NCBI GenBank assembly: GCA_965648905.1
Contig: CBFGIT010000047.1
Span: forward strand, 1-16,834
Reading direction: 5' to 3'
DNA length: 16,834 bases
Source of the DNA: a candidate division WOR-3 bacterium
GTDB lineage: Bacteria > Hydrothermota > Tepidihabitantia > Tepidihabitantales > Tepidihabitantaceae
In this document: positions 7,248 to 15,500 of the stretch, piece by piece
How the letters are laid out: each line of letters begins with the position of its first letter
Position numbering within the stretch: position 1 is the first letter of the stretch
Made by a program: the position numbers and the translations under genes
The notes under the pieces: generated by a model
Databases searched by the model: none
The model's input: only the letters and a program-made list of their open reading frames with translations
Told to the model about the DNA's origin: nothing

Positions 7248-7945
7248 CGCTCAGACAACTGCTTGAGGCCGGTGTCCATTTCGGACACCATTCCCGTCGC
7301 TGGAATCCGAAGATGAAGCCGTTCATCTTCGGCAAGCGACAGGGCATCTTTATCATCGACCTGGAGAAGAGCCTGGAGCGTCTGCGTGCGGCGTACGACG
7401 CGGCTCGCAAGCTGACCGAGTCCGGCAAAGACCTGCTCTTTGTCGGCACCAAGCAGCAGGCTCGGCCGATTATCGAGGAAGAGGCGACCCGCTGCGGTTC
7501 ATGTTTCGTCACCGAGCGCTGGATTGGCGGGTTGCTGACCAACTACGAAATCGTTGCCAGCCGAATCAGCCGTCTGGCTCAGTTGGAGCGGATGATCAGC
7601 GACAACCAGTACGGCGCGACTACCAAGAAAGAGACGATTCTGCTCCAGCGCGAGCACAAGAAGCTGATGCACATGTTCAGCGGGCTGCGACAGATGGACC
7701 GGCTGCCGGGCGGCCTCTTCGTCATCGACCCGGTGCGCGAGGCGACCGCGGTTGCCGAGGCCCGGCGCGTGCGGATTCCGGTCATCGCGTTGATTGATAC
7801 CAACGGCGACCCGGAAGGGATTGACTATCCGGTTCCCGGCAACGACGATGCCCTGCGGTCGATTCGGCTCGTCACCTCGACGATTGCCAACGCGGTGATG
7901 GAAGGGCGCAAGCAGTTCGACGCTGAACTTGAGGAGGTAAGGTGA
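7232..7945 (+). CDS. rpsB: 30S ribosomal protein S2
   Basis: [45 protein letters not shown] start inside rpsI. Confidence 0.98.
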   Translation: MDQTLTLRQLLEAGVHFGHHSRRWNPKMKPFIFGKRQGIFIIDLEKSLERLRAAYDAARKLTESGKDLLFVGTKQQARPIIEEEATRCGSCFVTERWIGGLLTNYEIVASRISRLAQLERMISDNQYGATTKKETILLQREHKKLMHMFSGLRQMDRLPGGLFVIDPVREATAVAEARRVRIPVIALIDTNGDPEGIDYPVPGNDDALRSIRLVTSTIANAVMEGRKQFDAELEEVR

Positions 7946-8535
7946 GTCAGGGAACCGACAAGGTAGTCGACCTCCGCCGCCGAACCGGGGCCGGTATCAT
8001 GGACTGCAAGACCGCACTTGAGGAGACCGGCGGCGACGTCGAGAAGGCGATTGAGGTTCTGCGCAAGCGCGGCATTGCCAAGGCGGCGCGTAAGGCCGAG
8101 CGGCCGACCGCGGCGGGCGTGGTCGATGCTTACATCCATCCGGGTGAGCGGCTCGGGGTGCTGGTCGAGGTTGACGTCGAGACCGATTTCGTGGCGCGCA
8201 ACCAGGAGTTCCGACGGTTCGTGCGCGACATCGCGATGCACATCGCCGCGGCCGACCCGATGGCGATTGAACGCTCGGGCGTTGCCCAGGACGTCGTTGA
8301 CCGGGAAAAGCGCATCTACGAGGAGCAGGTGACCCAGTCCGGCAAACCGGCGAGCATTATCGAGAAGATTGTCCTCGGCAAGCTGGAGAAGTTCTACGCC
8401 GACGTCTGCCTGCTCGAACAGCCATTCGTCAAGACCCCGGAGAAGTCGGTCGGCGACTATCTCAAGGAAACAATCGCCAAGTTCGGAGAGAACATCGTCA
8501 TCAGGCGCTTTGCCCGCTTCAAGCTGGGTGAGTAG
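7942..8535 (+). CDS. tsf: Translation elongation factor Ts, short form
   Basis: [36 protein letters not shown]. 197 aa, GTGA overlap with rpsB. Confidence 0.97.
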   Translation: MSQGTDKVVDLRRRTGAGIMDCKTALEETGGDVEKAIEVLRKRGIAKAARKAERPTAAGVVDAYIHPGERLGVLVEVDVETDFVARNQEFRRFVRDIAMHIAAADPMAIERSGVAQDVVDREKRIYEEQVTQSGKPASIIEKIVLGKLEKFYADVCLLEQPFVKTPEKSVGDYLKETIAKFGENIVIRRFARFKLGE

Positions 8536-9211
8536 TCGGCGCTTCAACTCGGTTCTCGTAAAACTATCGGGTGAATGCCTGGCCGACCAGGCGCTGCTTG
8601 CGTCGGTTGCCGCTCAACTCCGGACGTGTCAGCGTCGGGGGGTCAGGGTTGCGGTCGTGGTCGGCGGCGGCAACATTCTGCGCGGCCGGGACTCAGGCGA
8701 TGCCGACCAGGCGGTGGCGGACCGGGCCGGGATGCTCGCAACCGTGGTCAACGGCCTGCTGCTGGCCGAATTCCTGGGCCGGGTAGTTCCGGTGAGCCAC
8801 TTCTCGGCTTTGGGTGTGGCCGGCACGGTTCAGGCATTCGACCTCTGGCGGGCACGCGCCGAGCTGGCTTCGGGCAAGGTACTGATTCTTTCCGGCGGCA
8901 CCGGCAACCCGTTCTTCTCGACCGACTCGGCCGCGGCGCTGCGCGCGGCCGAACTGAAGATGGAGGCGATTCTCAAAGGCACGCGCGTGGCCGGGGTGTA
9001 TTCGGACGACCCGGAGAAGAATCCGAAGGCGCGTCTGTACCGCCAGCTTTCTTTTGAACGGGCGCTGGCTGAGCGGCTCAGGGTTATGGACCTGACCGCG
9101 TTCGCGTTCTGCATGGAGCGCAGGATACCGATTGTCGTCTTTGCCATCAGCCGGCCCAAAGCAATCCTGGACATTGTCCAGGGAAAACGAATCGGGAGCC
9201 TAATATGCTAG
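8528..9211 (+). CDS. pyrH: UMP kinase
   Basis: VKLSGE, VVGGGNILRG, GMLATVVN, GTGNPFFSTDSAAALRA, GVYSDDP, VMDLTA. Start placed at GTG 8528 overlapping the tsf end. Confidence 0.95.
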   Translation: MSSRRFNSVLVKLSGECLADQALLASVAAQLRTCQRRGVRVAVVVGGGNILRGRDSGDADQAVADRAGMLATVVNGLLLAEFLGRVVPVSHFSALGVAGTVQAFDLWRARAELASGKVLILSGGTGNPFFSTDSAAALRAAELKMEAILKGTRVAGVYSDDPEKNPKARLYRQLSFERALAERLRVMDLTAFAFCMERRIPIVVFAISRPKAILDIVQGKRIGSLIC

Positions 9212-9762
9212 ACAAGGTTTACGCTGAGTATCGCGGTCGGATGAACAAGGCGGTCGAGGTGCTTGAAGCCGAGTTTGCCCGCATCCGTACCGCCCGGGCC
9301 AATCCGGCCATCCTCGACGGCGTCAAGGTCGAATACTACGGCACGCCCACGCCCCTGAAGCAGGTCGCAAGCATCTCGGCGCCCGAGCCGAGACAGCTTG
9401 TGGTCCAGCCCTGGGACCGGTCAATCCTCGGCGAGGTCGAGAAGGCGATTCTCAAGGCCGAGCTGGGCCTGGTTCCCAAGGTCGAGGCCAATCTGATCCG
9501 CATCCCCATTCCGGCCCTGACCGAGGAGCGGCGGCGCGAGCTGGCGCGGCTCTGTGCCAAATTGACCGAGGACGCGCGGGTGGCCGTGCGCAACATCCGC
9601 CGCGAGGCGAACGACGCAGTCAAGAAGCTCGAAAAGGACAAGAAGATAACCGAGGACGATTCCAAAATCGGCGTCAAGAAGGTGCAGGACCTGACCGACG
9701 AGTATGTGAAGAAGCTCGATGAGCTCCTGCGCCGCAAAGAAGCCGAAATCATGGAGCAGTAA
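9205..9762 (+). CDS. frr: Ribosome recycling factor
   Basis: IRTARANP, VEYYG, QPWD, IPALTEERR, RVAVRNIRR. Confidence 0.98.
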   Translation: MLDKVYAEYRGRMNKAVEVLEAEFARIRTARANPAILDGVKVEYYGTPTPLKQVASISAPEPRQLVVQPWDRSILGEVEKAILKAELGLVPKVEANLIRIPIPALTEERRRELARLCAKLTEDARVAVRNIRREANDAVKKLEKDKKITEDDSKIGVKKVQDLTDEYVKKLDELLRRKEAEIMEQ

Positions 9763-9807
9763 CAGGCCCGAGGGTTCGCCGTCCTCTCGACCGAAAGGAG
9801 CAGGAGG

Positions 9808-10527
9808 ATTCCAGAGTCAGAGCCGGGCCGCGCCAGTGCCGGCCTGCCGCGTCACATCGCGGTCATCATGGATGGCAACGGCCGCTGGGCGCGCCAGCGC
9901 GGCCTGCCCCGGGCGTTCGGTCACCAGCAGGGGGTCAAGGCTCTGCACGAAGCGGTCGAGGTCTGTGACGAGGTCGGGGTCAAGTACCTGACCGCGTACA
10001 CCTTTTCCACCGAGAACTGGTTCAGGCCCAAATCCGAGGTGGACCTGCTGCTTAAGCTGATGGGCCAGACCATGGATGATGAGCGTCCCGGGCTTATCAA
10101 GAACAACATCCGGGTGCGCGCCATCGGCCGGCTCTCAGACCTGCCCGACGGACTGAAGCAGGCTCTTGACCGGCTCATCGCCGATACGGCCGCGAACACC
10201 GGACTGACCTTGACCCTGGCCATCAGCTATGGCGGCCGAACCGAGATACTCGATGCCTGCCGCCGGGCAGTCGAGGCCGGGCGTGCGCCCGAGACCGATG
10301 CTGATTTCGGGGCGCTGCTCTACGACCCGTCTTTGCCTGACCCGGACCTCTTGATTCGGACCGGCGGCGACCGGCGCATCTCCAACTACCTGCTCTGGGA
10401 GCTTGCCTACACCGAGCTGCACTTCACCGAAGTGCTCTGGCCCGACTTTCGGCGCGACCAACTGCTGGCCGCCATCAACGACTATGGTCAGCGCCAGCGT
10501 CGGTTCGGCCGGGTTACCGAGGAGTAA
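9808..10527 (+). CDS. uppS: Isoprenyl transferase (undecaprenyl diphosphate synthase)
   Basis: PRHIAVIMDGNGRWA, YTFSTENWFRP, YGGRTEI, PDPDLLIRTGG, RISNYLLW, LWPDF, RRFG. The conserved motif begins upstream of ATG 9868, so the start is proposed at ATT 9808 after AAAGGAG. Confidence 0.93.
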   Translation: MPESEPGRASAGLPRHIAVIMDGNGRWARQRGLPRAFGHQQGVKALHEAVEVCDEVGVKYLTAYTFSTENWFRPKSEVDLLLKLMGQTMDDERPGLIKNNIRVRAIGRLSDLPDGLKQALDRLIADTAANTGLTLTLAISYGGRTEILDACRRAVEAGRAPETDADFGALLYDPSLPDPDLLIRTGGDRRISNYLLWELAYTELHFTEVLWPDFRRDQLLAAINDYGQRQRRFGRVTEE

Positions 10528-10528
10528 C

Positions 10529-11320
10529 ATGCTGCGCCGTGTTCTGCTCGGAACCGCGCTGGTTGTCGTTGCCGTACTTGCCGTGTTCAGCCACCGACTC
10601 GCACTCGCGGCTCTGGTTGCGGCATGGAGCGTGCTTGCCACGCTTGAGTTCCTCAGCCTGCTGCGCCGGGCCGAGATTGAACTGAGCCGGTGGCTCCTGG
10701 GCGTGCTGAACCCGGCGATTGTTGCCGCGGCCTGCGTCGGGATGCTCCATGAGTTCCTGATTGTGCCGGTCGCCGTTGTGTTTCTGGCCGCGGTCGCCCG
10801 GCGCGACACCAAGCCGCGCATTCCGGTCTACGGGACGTTCGTCCTTATCTACCTCGGATTCCTGCCTGCCCATCTTGTCATGCTCAAGGGGCTGGCTCTT
10901 GAGCGGGGTCTTTCTTCGTGGCTCGTGCTCTTCCCGCTGGCGCTCACCTGGACCAACGACACCGCGGCCCTGCTGTTCGGCCGGCTCCTGGGCCGCCACA
11001 AGCTCTCGCCTGCAATCAGTCCGAACAAGACCGTGGAAGGTTATCTTGCCGGACTGGCGGTCTCGGCGCTGCTTGCAGCCTTCTATCTTTCGCGGCTGGA
11101 GCCGTTCGCCCATCAGCCGGTCTGGTGGCGGGCGGCAATCGGCATCGGTCTGGGCACGCTCGCCCAGTTCGGCGACCTGTTCGAGTCAATCTTCAAGCGG
11201 GCCGCAGGGCTGAAAGACAGCTCGGCCGCGCTGGCCGAGCACGGCGGGTTCCTCGACCGGGTTGACAGCCTGCTGTTCACGATTCCGGGGCTGTACTATC
11301 TGGTTCGGTACCTGCACTGA
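10529..11320 (+). CDS. cdsA: Phosphatidate cytidylyltransferase
   Basis: Hydrophobic protein with WTNDTAA, ISPNKTVEG, GDLFESIFKR, KDSS, HGGFLDRVDS. ATG 10529 follows GAGGAG. Confidence 0.95.
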   Translation: MLRRVLLGTALVVVAVLAVFSHRLALAALVAAWSVLATLEFLSLLRRAEIELSRWLLGVLNPAIVAAACVGMLHEFLIVPVAVVFLAAVARRDTKPRIPVYGTFVLIYLGFLPAHLVMLKGLALERGLSSWLVLFPLALTWTNDTAALLFGRLLGRHKLSPAISPNKTVEGYLAGLAVSALLAAFYLSRLEPFAHQPVWWRAAIGIGLGTLAQFGDLFESIFKRAAGLKDSSAALAEHGGFLDRVDSLLFTIPGLYYLVRYLH

Positions 11321-12330
11321 TGAGACTCACCGACCCGATCATCCGCGAAGGGCCACGGCTCAAGGTCAACTACGTTGCCTGCGATTCGCTTGGGACCAGA
11401 GGTATGTGTGTCTGCATCGAGACGCCGGACGTGGTCGTGACGGTAGACCCGGGTGCAGCGGTCGAACCCGGCCATTTCCCTTTGCCCGTCGAGCAGCGCC
11501 ATGCCCTGTTGAAGGAGCAGCAGGCTGCGGTGCGGGCCGCGTGTGCCCGGTCCCGGCTCATCGTCATCAGCCACTATCATCTGGACCATTTCTTCGACGC
11601 CCGCGACGCCGAATGCTACGGCGGCAAGGTGTTGTTTGTCAAGAACCCGGATGACATGCCGGCCAAGCAGCTCGGAACGGCCCGAGCATTTCACAAGACG
11701 ATTGACGGCCTGCCCGAGCAGGTTACCGTGGCCGACGGCCGGAAGTTCAAGTATCGCAAGACCACGGTTGCGTTTTCACCAGCGGTCTGGCACGGGGCTG
11801 AAGGCGCAGAGCCGGGCCGGGTGATTATGACCGAGGTCGGCTGGGGCAGAGAAAAGGTGCTGGTTTCGTCCGACGTCGGCGGTCCGTTGACGAGAGAGAC
11901 GACCGGCATTATCGTCAGCGCCAAAGCGCGGACCGTGATACTTGACGGTTATCCGACCTACCTGCTCGGCCAGTTTGCCACCGACTACAACCTGGTCCGG
12001 AGTATCGTGAACGTCTGCCGGATTCTGGCCGCGCCTGCGGTCAAGACTCTGGTGCTTGACCACCACATGGCCCGGGACTACCGCTATCCGGCGTTCTACA
12101 AGCTCGCCCATGACCGGGCCCGCGACCTGGGCAAGACCTTCGGTACTGCGGCTGAAGTGCTGGGCCGCACAAGCGTGGTGCTCGAAGGGTTCCAGAACTA
12201 CGGCCCGACCCGCTGGCACAAGTGGCAGCCGCTTGAGCGGGCTGAGGCACGCCGGGTTCTGGAGCGGGCGCGTGACGAAGGTCGGGTCACACCCGACTGG
12301 CTCGACGAGTTCGACCGCTGGGTTGTCTGA
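11320..12330 (+). CDS. UPF0282-like metallo-beta-lactamase-fold hydrolase
   Basis: DSLGTRGM, VDPGAA, ISHYHLDH, ADG, FS..VWHG, SDVGGP, LDHHMARD and TAAEVLG match the motif series of the mainly archaeal UPF0282 family. TGATG coupling with cdsA. Confidence 0.8.
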   Translation: MRLTDPIIREGPRLKVNYVACDSLGTRGMCVCIETPDVVVTVDPGAAVEPGHFPLPVEQRHALLKEQQAAVRAACARSRLIVISHYHLDHFFDARDAECYGGKVLFVKNPDDMPAKQLGTARAFHKTIDGLPEQVTVADGRKFKYRKTTVAFSPAVWHGAEGAEPGRVIMTEVGWGREKVLVSSDVGGPLTRETTGIIVSAKARTVILDGYPTYLLGQFATDYNLVRSIVNVCRILAAPAVKTLVLDHHMARDYRYPAFYKLAHDRARDLGKTFGTAAEVLGRTSVVLEGFQNYGPTRWHKWQPLERAEARRVLERARDEGRVTPDWLDEFDRWVV

Positions 12331-12385
12331 GCTTCCCGCTCCGTGACAAGACCCAGACCGTCCCTTGCGCCGCCTTCTTTCCTGC

Positions 12386-12413
12386 TTGACTTGGACTCAA
12401 GGGGCGGCATAAT
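12386..12413 (+). promoter_or_regulatory. Candidate promoter of the large secreted protein gene
   Basis: TTGACT 12386-12391, 16 nt, CATAAT 12408-12413. Confidence 0.65.
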
Positions 12414-12591
12414 TAGTCAGGTTACGGTTGCATCCGAGTTCCCTCAGGCGATAGCTTTGCAGTGTGGCAGAGAGGCTGCACGGGCTGGTTCTGTGCCGGG
12501 TGGTTGTGCAGTACCGCCCAGACCAAGAGTGAACCACCGGCAAGTGTGCTGTGCAGAACAGCACACGAGAAACGTCTCAAGGAGGCAAGAC

Positions 12592-15500
12592 ATGAGAAAA
12601 GCCCTACTGGCAGCCGGGTTCGTGCTGCTGGTCGTCTCGGCATTCGCCGCGCAGTTTGAGCCGGCGATTGACCCGGAGACCGGCCTGCTGCTCAATGCAC
12701 CCGGCCTGCCCCAGAACAGCGGGGCGAGTTCCCCGCCAGCCAAGGGTTATGTCCCGGCCTATCAGGCTCCGGTTCCGCCCGAGGCTGAACAGGATGCGGT
12801 CATCTGGGGCGCAGAGACCAGATTGACCTTCAACTCCGTCACCGACTACACGTCGTCCAGCTACAACAACCGGCGTTCGGTTGTGGTCGATCCGAGCGGT
12901 CGAGTACACGTTGCCTGGATGTCCTACCAGACTCCGGGTTCGTACAGCCCCCAGGTCTACTACAAGCGTTGGTACTCAGGCACCGGCTGGACTGCGGATA
13001 CCTGCGTTTCAGCGGACCGTGCCTCAATCGGGTCGTGCACGTACCCGGCCTTGGCTTGCGACTCAAGTGGAGTGGTCCACCTTGTTTTCCAGCACTATGC
13101 ATCGGTCGCGCCGACCGGATACTACATCATGTACAAGAACTGCACGCCCACCGCGTCAGGCAACGGTGGCTGGCAGGCGACATCGACCCAGATTTCGCTG
13201 AGCACCGCGACCTGGTACAAGTACTACCCGTCAATCTCGACCACGCCCAACGGCAATGTCCAGGTTGTCTGGTATACTTACTACTCCACGGCCGGCTATA
13301 TCCTGCAGTTCCGCGAGCGGGTGGGCACGACCTGGCAGAGTCAGGTAGCCCTCGACTCCGGTCCCGCGAGCTATTGGTACATGTGGACGCCGACAGTGGC
13401 CGGCGGCCGCGACAACAACGTCCACGTGACGTTCTACGGCCGGATTGTTTCGGGCGGTGGTTCATACTACTACCCATACTACAAAGGCCGTTTCAGCGGC
13501 ACCTGGATGACCTCGTGGCAGCGGCTTTGCCCGACCACTTCCTACTACCAGTACTACCCGATTGTTGCGGTCAACCCGAGGACCAACCGGGCCCACTGCG
13601 TCTGGCAGGGGTATGACCCCGGTTATTCCTACTACCGCATTATCCACTCCGAGAGGCTCGGTACCACTGCGTCTGACACTTGGCAACTTGTTGCCGACAC
13701 GGTATCTGAGTCCGGCTTGAACTACTACCAGTACTGGCCTTGTTTCTCGTTTACTAACGACGGGCGGGGTCATGTCGTGTGGTATGGTACGAGTACGGCG
13801 TCACCTTCATACACCAAGATACGCTATAACGAACGGTCTTACCCGGGAGGCACTTGGGGTACTCCAGAAAACATCTCGCTCAACACCTCGACCTCTTCCT
13901 ACTACCCGATGGTCAACAACGGCGGCAATGGCGCGGACTCGAACTCGATTCACGTTATCTGGTCTGACTACCGGGACGGTAACTACGAAATCTACTACCG
14001 CAAGGGCAACCCGCCCGCACCGGCGGACATCGGTGTCAGCCGGATTGTCCGGCCCAACGGATTGTATGCCATGGGCTCGATTTCGCCTTCGGTCTGGGTC
14101 AAGAACTACGGAACCGCGGCCCAGTCCAACTTCGGAGTGAAGCTGGACATCGGCACGACCTATTCCCAGACCGTGACCGTGACCAGTACGCTCCAGCCCG
14201 GCGACAGTGTCAACGTCACATCGTTCCCGGCCTGGAACCCCTCGGCGAGCGGAATCTATGCGGTGCGCTGTTCGACCAGACTGACCGGCGACGCGAACAA
14301 CACCAATGACCGGTTGACTGCAACCGCGGTGATTGCTGACTTTGTTGAGCAGTTCGAGGCCTCGAACGGCAACTACACCGCGAGCGGCCAGTGGCGCTGG
14401 CGCGTGCCCAATGCTCCGCGGCCGCCGGCTCCGTCGCCGACCAAGTGCTGGCAGTTGCCTGATACGGGCACCTACCAGAACAGCTCCAACGATTCACTGA
14501 GGTCGTGCGCGTACTTTGCCACCCGCGACACGCCGGTGGTCATCTTCCAACACTGGGCCAATTCAGAGAGTTACTACGACGGTCTCCACGTCAAGTATTC
14601 GACGAACGACGGCGCGACCTGGACGTTGATCTACCCGGACACGGCAGGCGGCAAGTGCCGGTACTACTACGGCCAGCTCTACGACGGCGAGTGGGGCTAT
14701 TCCGGCACCTGGGGCTGGGAACTGGCCTGGTTCAAGATACCGGTTGCCAACGCCACCTCGTTCAAGCTGATGTGGCAGTTTACGAGCGACCCGTCGGTCG
14801 TATACAACGGTTGGATGATTGACGACGTTGCCGGGCTCGGGTTCCGCAAGGCGGTCGATGTCGGTACCAAGACGATCCTCGGGCCGAGCGGGACGATTCC
14901 GGTCGGCACCGTGGTCACACCGCGCGCGGTCGTGTTCAACTACGGCTCCGGCACGCAGTCGTTCAACGTCAAGTTCTCAATCGGCTCAGTCTATGCCGAC
15001 TCGCAGAACGTCACGAACCTCGCGCCGAACGACTCGGCAGTGCTTGCCTTCACGGACTGGACTGTGCAGCGTGGTGGGTTCAGCGTCAAGTGTTCGACCA
15101 AGCTCGCGACCGACGAAATCCCCGCCAACAACCGCAAGACCGATACGGTCTTCGGCCGGCTTGTGGATGCTCAGCCCGTGGCGATTGTTCAGCCGGTCGG
15201 CGGCTCGTCCGTTGACTCAGGCGTCGCGATTTCGCCGCAGGTGCGGGTGAGGAACAACGGCTCGCAGGCCGCGTCGTTCAATGTCTTGTTCCGAGCGCCT
15301 TCGTACTCGGCAACAAGAATCGTCGCTTCGTTGCCGCCCGACTCAGAGCGACTGGTAACCGGCTATGCAAACTGGACACCACGCCAGCGCGGCTGGAACG
15401 TGATTGCCTGCTCGACCCAGCTTGGCGGTGACACGGTTCCGGAAAACAACCGGATCCTCGACAGCGTGTTTGTCCAGGTGCACGACGTCGGGGCACGGGT

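Noticed and set aside
8369..8527. Upstream extension of pyrH (similarly cdsA 10403-10528)
   Set aside because: These overlap tsf and uppS extensively. Homology begins at GTG 8528 and ATG 10529.
12414..12591. tRNA or known riboswitch (c-di-GMP, TPP, SAM, cobalamin) in the leader
   Set aside because: No cloverleaf or T-loop, and none of the signature motifs could be found by eye.
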